Assembly: GCA_951406725.2 (NCBI GenBank)
Contig: OX597827.1
Location: 65,348,001-65,412,000, forward strand
DNA length: 64,000 nucleotides
Source of the DNA: Octopus vulgaris
Lineage: Eukaryota
Direction: 5' to 3'
Below, piece after piece: positions 39,472-53,432 of this stretch. The position numbers were made by a program, and so were the translations under genes. Within the stretch, counting starts at the first letter, position 1. Each line of letters starts with the position of its first letter. The notes beneath the pieces are model-generated. The model was not told the DNA's origin. It worked only from the letters and a program-made list of their open reading frames with translations, and did not search any database.

Positions 39472-40007
39472 GTGTGTGTGTATGTGTGTGTGTGTGTGTG
39501 TGTGCTTATGTTTGTGTGTGTGTGTGTGTCTGTGTGTGTTAGGGGAGAGAGGAAAAGGACAACGAAAACCTAAGCAGAAGGAATATCTCAAGTCATGTAA
39601 AATAATTTAATTAGAGTAAGGTGAATTTGGAGTCTTACACCTGTTACTGGGATATCTCAAGTGATAGGCTAGCATGTCTATGAGCCGAGTATTCCGTCGT
39701 TAGTCGTTAATATGCAAAGTCTATTATAATCCTTAATATAATCCAATATCGGTATCAACGTAGATTGGTAGCTCCCATAGACAGAGAAATATTCATTGCT
39801 TTAACTAAACTTACAAGTCAGACGTAGGAATTTCAAAGTAATTCACTCTCTGAAGAACTTTCTCAGAAAAAGAATCAACTGCAAAACAGAGATACTGCAT
39901 CTAAAAAATATTCTTCATCATGAGCTTCAGTCATGATATTTCCAACGGCTTTAAGCTAAATGCTCTGGGTCAGTGAATTATTCTGGTAACTGCTCTAGGT
40001 GCTCATA

Positions 40008-40410
40008 CTCTTTTACTCTTTTATTTGTTTCAATTATGCGACTGTGGCCATGCTGGAGCACCGCCTTTAATCGAGCCAATCGACCCCACGACTTATTCTT
40101 TGTAAACCTAGTACTTATTCTATCGGTCTCTTTTACCGAACCGTTAAGTTACGGTGACGTAAACACACCAGCATCGGTTGTCAAACGATGTTTCGGGGGA
40201 CAAACACAGACACACAAACATGTATACACACGCACACACGTATATACATATATACGACGGGCTTCTTTGAGTTTCCGCCTACCAAATCTACGCTCAAGGC
40301 CTGAGGCTATAGTAGAAGACACTTGCCCAACGTGCCAGGCAGTGGAACTGAACCCGGAACCATGTGCTTCATAAGCAAGCTACTTACCCCACGGCCACTC
40401 CTACGCCTAT
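40008..40410 (-). mobile_element. SINE family A
   Basis: Near full-length reverse copy. Confidence 0.85.
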
Positions 40411-40846
40411 AGGGATGTGTGTATTATTCTCCCAACATTGTTTAAACCTCGATATTCGTGTTACTTAGCTCCGCATATTATAGAACTACCAATTCTGCCG
40501 TATCCATACTTGATCGTTATATTTCAAAACTGCAACTTAATAGAGACTTCAGTATCTCATAAATATGATTCACTTAAATGATACAATGATACAAATAAAA
40601 GAGAACAGAAAAAACATTTCTTAGCTATTTCCCAAAACTAGACAATCCTGATACGGCATAGATGTGAAGAATTAAGAGAGAGAGTGAATAAAAAGACAGG
40701 AAATATCTTTTAGAATGACACAAAATCTGGACTTTGGCTTTGTCAGTATAGTTCGTGCTATGAGCAAGCATTCCAATATTGCCCTTGTTTCATCTATATC
40801 TACTTGTTTATCGGTATGTCTGCCTGTCTATCTGTCTGTCTGTTTG

Positions 40847-40907
<61 letters not shown>

Positions 40908-41747
40908 TCATCTATATGTATGAATACATCTTTCGCTACACAAACACACACAGAATTACATTCGCACTCATACACAAAGACATTTACGTACGTATGCATA
41001 TATATGTATGCATATATGTATGTATGTATGTATGTATGCATGCATGCACTATGTATGTTTGTGTGTGTCGAAGAGCGTAGGCTCACAAAACGCTAAAGAG
41101 TTTTTCACTTCCCAAGCGTTAAACGAATACATCTGGATGTTGTCTACACCACCTGTCTTCGTCATTTGTTTTTTTTCTGTGAAATCACCCCTATACACAC
41201 ACACACAAACACATATATATTGATAGAAGGTTAGACTTCTGTAAGTATATTTATATTTGTGGTATTGTCACGAAAGCAGTAAACAATACTCATTACTGTG
41301 TCACATTTTGCAATTACACTTAATCAAAATCAACGTAAATGCACAAACACACAGAACAAAACTCGCCCACGTATATACACTCACATCGCCAACATTCGTC
41401 AATTTCTTGAAAATGGGGTCATAACCCCGAAATATTGATTACAATGTAAGAGTACATTAATCCTTATATTTGTTTAATTGTGATTTGACATATTACGACA
41501 GTCATCTCTTAAAACCTCTTATAAGACGTTTCTTCTACATTCGTATTAGTTCTTGCTCTCACCAACTGTCAGCATTTCATTCTCCAACAATCTCTTCATA
41601 CGCTTGGAAATATACATACATACATACATACACAAATACATACATGCATACATACATCATTCTTGCATGCATGCATACCTACATAGATATACTATATTAC
41701 ATATATTTCTGCTGCATGTGTCAAAGATTTATTAGTCATTATTATTA

Positions 41748-41810
<63 letters not shown>

Positions 41811-42039
41811 ATTATTATTAATTATTATTATTATTATTATTATTCTTCAGTAGTTTTATTTTTATAGCGTGCTTTCACTTCACTACCGAGCGCAGCTCTG
41901 TGTGCCTTGGGTATGTGCTGTGATTCGTTGTGATGCTCTGATGGTTATTGTATGGAAAGTGTTCTGCGTAGGATGTGTGCAGTGCCTAGTAGTGCAATTT
42001 TCTGTATGTTATATGTGTTTGTAAGTCCTGGTGTTTTTG

Positions 42040-42751
42040 TTATGTATTTGTCTGAATATTTTTTATCATGCCTATTGCACCTACTATGATAGGAATTGTT
42101 TCTGTTTTTAGATTCCACATTCTGGTTACCTCTATTTCTAGGTCTTTGTATTTTGAAAGTTTCTCCATTTCTTTTAGAGACACGTTGTCATCTGCTGGTA
42201 TTGATACATCAATTAGAAAGCATTTTTTCTTCATGATCTCTGCCAACTATATCTGGTCTGTTGGCTTTAATTTCTCTATCTGTGTATATCGGCATATCCC
42301 AGAGTATCGTTGCTTTCTCGTTTTCTGTGACCTTTTCTGGTGTGTGCCTATACCATTTTTTTTCTGTTGATATTCCATAATGTTGGCATAGCTTCCAGTG
42401 TATGTAGGTCCCAACTCTGTCATGTCTGTGAATATATTCCTTCTTATCCAGGACTGGGCAGCCAGAGATAATATGATTTATTGTTTCCTGTCCATCTCCA
42501 CATATTCTGCAGTTACTTGTTATATTTCTTTTCATTACATGTTTTTGGTAATTTCTGGTGGGAAGGCTTTGGTCTTGTGCTGCAATTAAAAATCCCTCTG
42601 TCTCGGATTTGAGTCCTGAGCTTCTCAACCATTGCTGGGATTTTTCTTTGTCTATTTCTTTTGCATTTAGTTTAGTCCAGTATTTACCATGAAGGGGCTT
42701 TTCTTGCCATCGTTTTATCATGGTTCTTTGCTGTTTTAGTTTGGATTTCAT
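42040..42751 (-). pseudogene. CCHC zinc knuckle + RLE domain (frameshifted near 42245)
   Basis: KPLHGKY, AAQDQSLPTRNY, CRICGDGQETINHIISGC, RHDRV, RPDIV, CFLIDVSIP, KLSKYKDL, IPIIVGAIG. Confidence 0.9.
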
Positions 42752-43075
42752 TTGTTTTATAGCCTTTGTTGTTTTTCTTCTTCTTCTTCTTCTTCTTCTT
42801 CTTCTTCTTCTTCTTCTTCTTCTTCTTCTTCTTCTTCTTCTTCTTCTTTATATTTGTTAGGTGGTATGATTTCTTGTTTGTATTTGTCAGCTTCCTTAAA
42901 TACTGAGAACAGCTTTTAGTTTTGCTCGTGTTTTGCCGCTATTTGTATCAGTTTTCCTTCCTTCTGAAGTAGACACTTTTGTAGTCCTATGGTGGTTGCT
43001 TTATTGTAGTTTTCCTGCTGTATGACGCCTCTACCACCTTCTATACGTTGTATATATAGTCTTTCTATGTCAGAT

Positions 43076-43469
43076 GTGGAGACGCAATGGCCCAGTGGTT
43101 AGGGCAGCGGACTCGCAGTCGGAGGATCGCGGTTTTGATTCCCAGACCGGGCGTTGTGTGTGTTTATTGAGCGAAAACACCTAAAGCTCCACGAGGCTCC
43201 GACAGGGGGTGGTGGTGACCCCTGTTGTACTCTTTCGCCTCAACTTTCTCTCTCTCCACTCTTACTTCCTGTTTCTGTTGTACCTGTATTTCAAGGGGCC
43301 GGCCTTGTCACTCTCTGTGTCACGCTGAATATCCCTGAGAACTACGTTAAGGGTGCACGTGTCTGTAGAGTACTCAGCCACTTACACGTTAATTTCACGA
43401 GCAGGCTGTTCCGTTGATTCGGATCAACCGGAACCCTCATCGTCGTAACCGACGGAGTGCTTCCAATCA
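43076..43469 (+). mobile_element. SINE family B nested in the LINE
   Basis: TSD TCTATGTCAGAT at 43064-43075 and 43470-43481. Confidence 0.92.
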
Positions 43470-43566
43470 TCTATGTCAGATTTTGGGTGATGCATCCTAG
43501 ATCCTGTCATTATTTTTCTGGTTTTCCTATATATTTTGGTCAGTTCATTTAGTGTCCAGTTAAGAA

Positions 43567-43642
<76 letters not shown>

Positions 43643-44069
43643 TTATTATTATTATCATCATCAGTATCATCATTATCATCATCATCATCATCACTATTAA
43701 TGTCATTATTATTACGATTGTTTTTAATATCATAATTATTATTTTTAGTATTTGAAATGGGAAAACTTGATGTATACACAAATAAAATTTCACACGTTAT
43801 ACATTCTCCCTCGCATTCAGTGTGTATATGTACACACACACACACACACGTATATAGATATCTTAGTTCATACGTTTCATTTTTAATATTAATGCAAAAT
43901 ATTTTATTTCTTACTTCAATATCATATGATTTTTCGTTTGCATAGTTATATTGCCAGCTTTAAAATTATTTTCAAGTTTTTAATGTTTTTTCTTCGTGAT
44001 TTATTTATTGTATTTATAGCCATGTGACAAACTATGTGTTATGCGGAATGTATATACGATATGCATATA

Positions 44070-44110
<41 letters not shown>

Positions 44111-44137
44111 TACATATATATGTATGTATGTATATAC

Positions 44138-44205
<68 letters not shown>

Positions 44206-45789
44206 GTATGTATATATATATATGCTTATTCTTAGCTTCTTAGCGTTACATATATATATTTTCCTAACGTTTGTCTTAATTCTTACGTATGTATTTGGAA
44301 ATTCAAAACGCGTTTCTTTTTGAAATTATAAAATAGTTATTCACATTTATTATTTAATATATACGTGAAGAGATTTTTACTGCTAAGTTTTTCGCTTATT
44401 TTATATTGCATGGATATTCCCCAAAATTGTCTCAACACATTCGCAAGCATGATTCCCCCTCTCAGATTTCTAAGGAGATATGAAATTTACCTCTTATATA
44501 TTTCTGTATATGCATATACTTTCATACGTACATACATACGTACATATAACACAAGTACTTATACATGTATGTGTGCATATATATATATATGTATATATAT
44601 ATGTATTTATATCTATGTATAATTATATGCATATGTTCACACATGCATATATATATATATATATATATATGTATAATATATCTATGTATAATTATATGCA
44701 TATGTTCACACATGCATATACACGCGTATAAATATTGTATGTATTTATGCATATATTTAAACACATTTGGGCATGTGTATGCATGTTTGTATTTTCTTGT
44801 ATTCTGAACAAATAACGAAAAAAGCCATGAGGCTGTTTGAAAACATCAAAATTGAATTATACATAAATTTGAATATGGATAATATTTATTATCCCATATA
44901 TTTCTTTACATACATTGCACGGTGAGAAATGCTATCCACTCGGTAATCAAAAAGTTATTGTTTTATATCCTCAAAGAATACTTCAATTCAGTTCAGGAAA
45001 ATGCATTAAATAATAATCTACTCTAAATCTAAACCTTCCTTCCTACAGCAATCACAATCTCCGTATATTATTTGGGCTATTTACATGAAGTCTCGTAGTG
45101 CCGATTACGTTATACTCTCTGCCATTCTGAACAACTCGGAAAGCCTTCAGGTTGCCAGGAATACTGCAGTGACGCGTGTCAGGCCTTGCGCTAAAATCTG
45201 CCCCACATAAACAACCCATCACTTTTAGATGTCGAAAGAGACTTTAAAAAAGTTGATGCAGACAGATCCGTTGTTATGTTCTGCACAGAAAAAAGTTTGT
45301 TCATTAATGCTGTTGAGGTCAGTCATTGAATATGTCTAACCGCGATAATAACAGTTTTTTTCGCATCTATTATACTTAATACTTTATAATGGTCTTCTAA
45401 AATGAGACTATCATAACCGATTACAGATAACTCTCACATTTCACAGAAACATGAGATACGTTGCAAGTCGTTGTTTTTTATTTCACCAGTTTATTTACTG
45501 GTGTGTTAAAACAAACGTTTTCCCTCAGGAGTGACGAAAAGTTTCCCCACCACCAGTAACTAGCTGAACACCAGATGCATCTTCACCATTCTGGGCCTTG
45601 AGAAAGTCGTGTACTCGTAGACACAAACTAGATGGGATCTACCATCTCCGATATTGAAAACCGTAAATACGTTAACTGACATTGCGAATAAGCCTCTGAC
45701 TGCAAAAAAATTCGCTGTTCGCAATTGGAGCAATATTTCATTCAAAATATACATTTATGTATCATACTTAACGTATATAGATTATTTAC

Positions 45790-46070
45790 AGGCACGATGC
45801 TACGTATTTAGTCTGAAAACCTTCGAAGACGACATGGACTAATTTACGTGCACATTTTGTCCGAAGTATCTTTCTCCTAGAAAAAGCTGCCTTCTCCACG
45901 GCTAGACAGAAATAAAATGAGCCTTTTCTATCCCAGTGAAATATATTTAAACCGTAGGGAGTATTAGCATTCTGGGTCAGAACAGACCAGTGAATAATGG
46001 TAATTAAAGGGTAACTCCAAGCTAATCCCGACTCTGGGACTCCCAAAAATGAGTCTCTCAAGCAGATGCA
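45790..46070 (-). pseudogene. possible L1/Tx1-like ORF2 C-terminal remnant
   Basis: SFL..P.....WSY ... FYFCLAVEKAAF..R resembles the post-zinc-finger region; weak. Confidence 0.3.
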
Positions 46071-46309
46071 GTCTATGTCCTAGGTATAGCATACACACAC
46101 ACACACACACACACATATGGTTTTGCATGTGATCTCGTAACTACAGGGTTACATAGATACATACTACTAATCACACTGAATTTATCAAAAAATTGTGAAC
46201 GCAAAGTGTAATTCGGATTGTGGGAAAACATGCATGAAATAAAGAGGAAATTACGTTTCAAATATTTGCACAAGGCCAGCTGTTTCGAATGAGTAGTTAA
46301 CTGAATTAT

Positions 46310-46441
46310 TTTTTCCTCGATCCCGAATGGATGAAAAGCAAGGTCGGCCTCGGAGGAATTTGAACTCTGGTTATAAAGACGAATGAAATGTCACTAGGCA
46401 TCTTTGCCCAGTGAGCAAATGATTCTGTCAGCGCTCCGCCT
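46310..46441 (-). mobile_element. diverged SINE family D
   Basis: GGATGAAAAGCAAGGTCGGCCTCGGAGGAATTTGAACTC. Confidence 0.6.
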
Positions 46442-46749
46442 AAAAAAAAATTAGATATATAACAAAATAAAAACAGATCTAATGCGCATGTAAAACAAGA
46501 ATAAGCCCCAGACTGACCGCAAATCAGTGACGAAAGCAAGTAAAAAAACAGAAAGAAGGGAAAACGATAGAAACTATACATCCTAAAAGCTGTCCATTCA
46601 TAAACCAAAATAGACATTGTGCAAACATCTATAATAGAAAAATGCCGTAGGCAAGGAAACAAATCTGTGCCTGACGTTGTATGGAGGTTTGTCTAGCAGG
46701 TGAAGTTTAATAGGCCATGTAAAGACAAGCACGCACGCACACACACACG

Positions 46750-46806
<57 letters not shown>

Positions 46807-46842
46807 TGCATACGTACATACATATGTAGAAATATATATATT

Positions 46843-46873
<31 letters not shown>

Positions 46874-46989
46874 TTGCGTATACAAATACATGTAAGAGTA
46901 GTTTCTTTACAAAATATATCCATACATATACATATCTATGTATTTCGATTATTTTCTGTGTTTAGCCCTGTGTGGCCATAAGAAAAACA

Positions 46990-47064
<75 letters not shown>

Positions 47065-47084
47065 GTATGTATGTATGTATGTAT

Positions 47085-47117
<33 letters not shown>

Positions 47118-47174
47118 AATGTATCTATCTATCTATCTATCTATCTATATCTATCTATCTATCTATCTATGTAT

Positions 47175-47229
<55 letters not shown>

Positions 47230-47285
47230 ATTATCTATCTATATATCTATCTATCTACCTATATCTATCTATCTATCTATCTATC
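46990..47285. repeat. (TATC)n microsatellite
   Basis: Directly visible. Confidence 0.95.
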
Positions 47286-47337
47286 TATATATATATATAT
47301 ATTTATATACATATATATATGTGTGTGTGTGTATGTG

Positions 47338-47388
<51 letters not shown>

Positions 47389-48118
47389 TCATATAAAAAG
47401 ATACGTGCATATATACATATATACATGCAAACATATCTACGTATATATTCATGTGTGTATTTATATCCATGTAAGTCTGTATGTGCTTATATATGTACGT
47501 ATGCCTCTGTACGTATATAGGTGTGTATATCCATGGCCAGATCTGTAACTGTTTCAGCCTACGTTCATATATATATATAACAATTTGTAAAGGTGAAGCA
47601 TTTCTATCTGGTGCTGTCTTTAGTAGTTATAGAGCAAGTGATATACCACGAGTGGCAAAGGTGATGTTTTACTTTCAACCCACATTTATGATCATTTCCA
47701 AGATTCCACTTCCTCGCACTCTTACGCTTGAGATAACGAATGTACCAAGAATAGCTTCAACGCACTACATTATTCATACCATTGTGTCTGACTTTTTCTG
47801 TTAAGCTTTCGAAAATACTGATATTATACGGGAAGTCCTACGCTGAAGTATATATTATCTCCTTCAGAAAGACATACACTGACACACTTGTACTTAGGCA
47901 AATGGTATAAAATCATATTTTCTTATATATGCAGCATATAATGTAAAAGTGTATGTACGTAGGCGTTGGATTTGCGTCAAGAATTTTGCTTCTCTGCCAA
48001 ATGCGTTCGGGTTCGCTCCCTCTGCATGGCATCTTGGGAAAGTTTCTTCTACTACAGACGTAGAAGGATAAAAAGCTTGTGGACGGATTTTAGTCGGTAA
48101 AAATTGAAGTAAGCTTCT

Positions 48119-48173
<55 letters not shown>

Positions 48174-48178
48174 GTGCG

Positions 48179-48226
<48 letters not shown>

Positions 48227-48434
48227 CGCTTTACCCTTTTACTTGTTTCGGTAATTTGAGTGCAGCCATGCTGCAGCACCGCCTTAATCGAACAGATCGA
48301 CATCAGGACTTATACTTTGTAACCGTAGTACATAATCTATCGGTATCTTTTGCCGAACTGCTACGTTGTCAAACGATGGTAGGCGGACAAACAAAGACAC
48401 ACAAACATATATATACAAACATACGTACATACAT

Positions 48435-48467
<33 letters not shown>

Positions 48468-48502
48468 TATATATATATGTATATGTATGTATATATATAT
48501 AT

Positions 48503-48535
<33 letters not shown>

Positions 48536-48684
48536 AATATAAGAGAGTAACCACTATGTGGTCGACTCTAGCACTAAAAATAGATCCGCTAGGTTTCAGC
48601 CACAAAGAATTGCTTCCCATGAAAGTTAGCACGACTACTAGCGCAAACGAACAGGGCAAATAAAAATAACAAAAATGCAGATTA

Positions 48685-48761
48685 GTTCAGGACAATTGTT
48701 TCGCTATTAATAAATTATGTAATTTTACTCACATAACATATCTGTAGCTCTTCAGCCGAAC
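48685..48761 (-). ncRNA. type I hammerhead ribozyme (left arm)
   Basis: GTTCGG-CTGAAGA-GCTA-[38 nt]-TAGC-GAA-ACAATTGT-C-CTGAAC on the minus strand. Confidence 0.85.
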
Positions 48762-48851
48762 CCGTCCAGATTACCATTTACTCAACCGCACATAGATTTT
48801 ACCATAACGATAAACACACGTGCGGTTCAGTCGATTGCATTCGCTGGACGG

Positions 48852-48928
48852 GTTCGGCTGAAGAGCTACAGATATGTTATGTGAGTAAAATTACATAAGT
48901 TATTAATAGCGAAACAATTGTCCTGAAC
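48852..48928 (+). ncRNA. type I hammerhead ribozyme (right arm)
   Basis: GTTCGG-CTGAAGA-GCTA-[38 nt]-TAGC-GAA-ACAATTGT-C-CTGAAC; intact core, predicted GUC cleavage after 48922. Confidence 0.85.
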
Positions 48929-49726
48929 TAATCTGCATTTTTGTTATTTTTATTTGCCCTGTTCGTTTGTGCTAGTAGTCGTGCTAACTTTCATCGGAAA
49001 CAATTCTTTGTGGCTGAAACCTAGCGGATCTATTTTTAGTGCTAGAGTCGACCACATAGTGGTTACTCTCTTATATTTATGTATAAAATTTATCGTAATC
49101 CAGGTTTTCATGCACTAAGCCACTTGGTGTTAAATGGATGTACTATTAAATTAGTATCCAATTTTCTCACCCTTATTAGTTGATTATATATATATATATA
49201 TATATATAATTTATAAAAATATGGTAAAGTAAAAGAATTCACTTTACCACACACCGAACTTTTCAGAAATAGCAGCCAAAAATTTGGCTATTTCTTCATA
49301 TATATATCGAGCTTCTTACATTTTCAGTCTACAAAATCCACTCACAAATCTTTGGTCGGCCCGTGGAGGTCTTAGTAGAAGACACTTGCTCAAGGTGCCA
49401 CGCAGAAGGACAGAACCCGGAAACATGTTCTTGGGCGGTAAGCTTCTTTACCACACAGCCACGGCTGCAGCTATAGAAATCGGTAAACCAGCCGCCTGAT
49501 TGCCAAAAGCCATATATATATATATATATATGGACCGGGCGGTGCGATTTGTTCTTGCGCAAATCATTTCATTTCACGTTGCTCTACGTCCACATACACA
49601 CCCCTGACGTGTGGTAGACCGTGAACATGTTCGGTGACTGTGGACATGACGAATGAGGTAAGCTAATGCATGGCACGAACATTGATGAACCTTGTTTCTC
49701 AGATTACAAGATATATATATATACAT

Positions 49727-49833
<107 letters not shown>

Positions 49834-49883
49834 GAGGCAGCGAGGGAGAGAAAGGGGAAGGTGCTACTGAAACTAAGGGAGAA

Positions 49884-49997
<114 letters not shown>

Positions 49998-50199
49998 TGA
50001 CAGATAGATATAGAGAGTTATGTGAGCATGTCTTTGTATTTGTGTTTGTCTCTTTCTGCGATTGGCAACCGTTGATATCCGATCACGTGCAAATTGTCCT
50101 AGCTGTTTGGTAAACAGAAATATGTTGACAAGGTAAAAGAAGAAAAGTGCGGGGCCCGATTTCTTAGAAAGCCGACTAAACCCTTCAACAGTACATTTC

Positions 50200-50700
50200 A
50201 TTACTGTATCACTATATCAACCAGACTGTCAACTGTTGTTATACACAGCTGGCCAAAACGCGTTTTCTAAAATTGTTGAAATGGTTAGGCTGGAAGACCA
50301 ATACTCATTCACAAGGAAATACCTTTAAAACAGCGACCACTTTAACGGTAGCAGAATCACAATCTCACTACGTCTACGCATTCAATGCAGTTTGCCAACG
50401 GCCCTACAACAAGAACATACCCTGATATTGTCAGTGACTACTACTAAATTCACAGCCACGACAGATAAATATGGTGTTCTTGAAGCCGAGAATTCGCACC
50501 TGCGGAGACAATATTTACATATCACCTAGGAAAATACAACTAGATCTCACAATGCTTGGAAGCGTTTGCACAATAAAGAACATGCACGCCTGGAGAACTA
50601 CGTTGATTGGAAGCAATTGAAGTGGTTGACTAAGTTTAAAGTGGTTAAGAGACAAATTTCCAGCCGTAATACTTTTTGTTGATTCCAATTGTTTCAATTA
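50200..50700 (+). pseudogene. decayed Gypsy-type LTR retrotransposon integrase remnant
   Basis: VIHSWPK, NAWKRLH (PW.RLH.D-like) and VVD...KW in the expected order, frameshifted. Confidence 0.45.
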
Positions 50701-52344
50701 CCTATTCATACACGACAGAGGCCCAAACGCAAGCATGGAAGTACGTATAAATACCACTAATGGATAGCACATGGTAAATCTGAAGATGGACAAGCTTTTT
50801 TTTTACTGTTATTTACTACGTTCAGTACACAATATTCCATAACTATATATATAAATACTAACTGACACTCCGTCCGTACGACGACTTGCGCTCCAGTCAA
50901 ATACGTTCAACGGAAGTGTCTCCACGTGAAACAAATTTTGCAAGTGGCTGAGCATACTACACATATGTGCATTTTTAGCGTAGTAGTACTCAGGGAGACT
51001 CAGTGGTTACTGTGGTTATTGACGATTTAAGTCTATTCTCGTCATATTTGGCATTGGGATTCTTTCTTTTGCCCTTGTTTATAAATTTCACCTTAAAAGT
51101 TATTTTCTAACATATGGGCCACTAATAAAATTTATTTGAAAATGTTATCCTATATTAGATATATGTGTATGCATGTATGTATGTATGTATGTATGTATGT
51201 ATGTATGTATGTATGTATGTATGTATGTATGTATAGATGGATGGATGGATATACATATAGTGTATTTTCAAGTTTCAAGAATTGTACCCTGCATTCACTG
51301 ATCAATCGTATGCACTATTTTTACTATTAATCAGGTTCGATAACAATTTTCAATAAAAAATGCTATTCAGTGATATTCATATTGCTACTATAAGTCTGAA
51401 GTTTTAAAGGTTTTGTTAAATTCTTCTCTAACCTGGACTGATGTTTAACCGCGGGCATAGAGCTATGAGGCCAACCGGATATTTATTTCTAGGCCTATGG
51501 CTTTTGGCATGGATCCATCAAGCTCAACAACCATATGTAGTCCTACAAGCATATTCGTACATCTCTGCAGTATCGAAGGAGCTGATATAGCAGTCAACCT
51601 AGGTGCAAGATTTTGGTTCTGTGTGAAACAAACTTTTCTTAGAACTGTAAAGTTGTTCTTTCTTTTTTATCTTTGCCGGAATGCATTATAATTTAATTAA
51701 TCATGCCGTCTATCTTCTATGTTTTGGCAAATGGTAGTTCTGGTGAATAATTACTTCGATATAGAAGTATACCGCGTGAGAACTAACAAAATGTTTGCAT
51801 TGAGTTTTATTAATATAATTCTTAAGTCACATCATTATTATACTCCTATATTTCAATTAACGTTAATTAGCTTCCTTTGCGAATTGTATCATTAATGTAA
51901 TTTTGATTATTTTCCTAATTAATTATACATCAGTCTTAGTAGGGTGAATTAATCAGGCATCTTAAAGGTTAGACGAAATTCTTTGTATAAACTGTTAGCT
52001 TGATAGTCGATTTGCATTTAATGAAACATTCTAAAATATAATCAGTAGTCATCTGACGATACGAATCATTTTGGATATTTCTTCTAATCATTCATATCAG
52101 AGATTAGCTTGGTTGCATGGTGGTATTGTAATTACGGAATTTATTGCAATGGGTCTTCTCGAAAATAAAAGAATCACTTGATTCTTGATTCTCACGCTGC
52201 ATTAAATATCGTGCTTGCGTTCATAATTTTATCGTACTGCACAGAACTTGGGGTAAAATAAGTCCTAACGTCCTTATCCAGAATAACGTGGGCATTACAG
52301 ATATAAAGAGCATAATATGTATTACATTATTTACTATACTAAGC

Positions 52345-52729
52345 GCGGAGGCGCAATGGCCCAGTGGTTAGGGCAGCGGACTCGCGGTCATAGGGTCGCG
52401 GTTTCGATTCCCAGACCGGGCGTTGTGAGTGTTTATTGAGCAAAAACACCTAAAAGCTCCACGAGTCTCCGGCAGGGGATGGTGGTGATCCCTGCTGTAC
52501 TCTTTCGCCACAACTTTCTCTCACTCTTACTTCCTGTTTCTGTTGTACCTGTATTTCAAAGGGCCGACCCTGTCACTCTCTGTGTCACGCTGAATATCCC
52601 CGAGAACTACGTTAAGGGTACACGTGTCTGTGGAGTGCTCAGCCACTTACACGTTAATTTCACGAGCAGGCTGTTCCGTTGATTCGGATCAACCGGAACC
52701 CTCATCGTCGTAACCGACGGAGTGCTTCC
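52345..52729 (+). mobile_element. SINE family B, full length
   Basis: Near-identical to other B copies; imperfect TSD TACTATA..TAAGC. Confidence 0.9.
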
Positions 52730-53365
52730 TACTATATATTAAGCGACACAAAGCGGCTAATTAGGATATCTCAACGTTTGTCCCGCAGCTCATAGCAGAC
52801 AATAGTCTGTTTCCAAAAAATAGTTCTACTCGTAGGGAAATGTAAGGTCGTAAAACTGCGGTGCCAGCATTATTAACGCCTCCTGCTGTTTACATTTGTA
52901 ATAAAGCAGATGTATGTCTGCAGTTCATTTTCACTAGCATTCATTTTGCTGCGATATTTTGAGACTGTTTATATTTCATTTCTTGTTCCGCAGCACAATA
53001 AGGAATTCTAACATATACGTGACCTATTCAGTATAAATTCTAGAATAGATAACATTTATATGTCTGTTTAATGTCATTCAGATAAAAAAGATCCTATGAC
53101 AACCAAGTGAGTAATGCAACATGAAACTAACAATGAGAGAAACGTGGTCTTCATAAATCCAATTACGGTGGAATCTCCCCTTAGAACTGCTGGTGTTCAC
53201 ATAACCTAGAACAGATCGAATTGAAGTAACATGGATAGTAGAATGGAAGGTATGAGTGGAAATGAAAGGCTTTACATAAATTAATACGGATACCATCGTT
53301 ATTTCCCTCAAAATTTCAAAAAGGATTTTTGAATAATGACGAGACGTTGCTTCGGCACAAATATG

Positions 53366-53431
<66 letters not shown>

Positions 53432-53432
53432 A

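Larger units (their letters stand above)
41846..43566 (-). mobile_element. R4/Dong-type non-LTR retrotransposon (restriction-like endonuclease), 5'-truncated, in (TAA)n
   Basis: Flanked on both sides by (TAT)n arrays; coding motifs listed in the next feature; interrupted by SINE B. Confidence 0.85.
48533..49185. mobile_element. non-autonomous PLE-type fold-back element: 237-bp inverted arms, 74-bp spacer, ~105-bp right extension
   Basis: Arms 48533-48769 and 48844-49080 differ at about 4 positions by eye; TA tracts on both sides. Confidence 0.9.
48236..49472 (-). mobile_element. SINE family A split by the hammerhead fold-back element
   Basis: 3' half 48236-48405 and 5' half ~49308-49472, same strand and correct order. 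Confidence 0.7.

Noticed and set aside
45050-45300. Possible MULE transposase relic (ADF...AVFPG, minus strand)
   Set aside because: Too few matching residues to support
52345-52420. tRNA-like sequence
   Set aside because: SINE head continuing into SINE body; no proper acceptor stem
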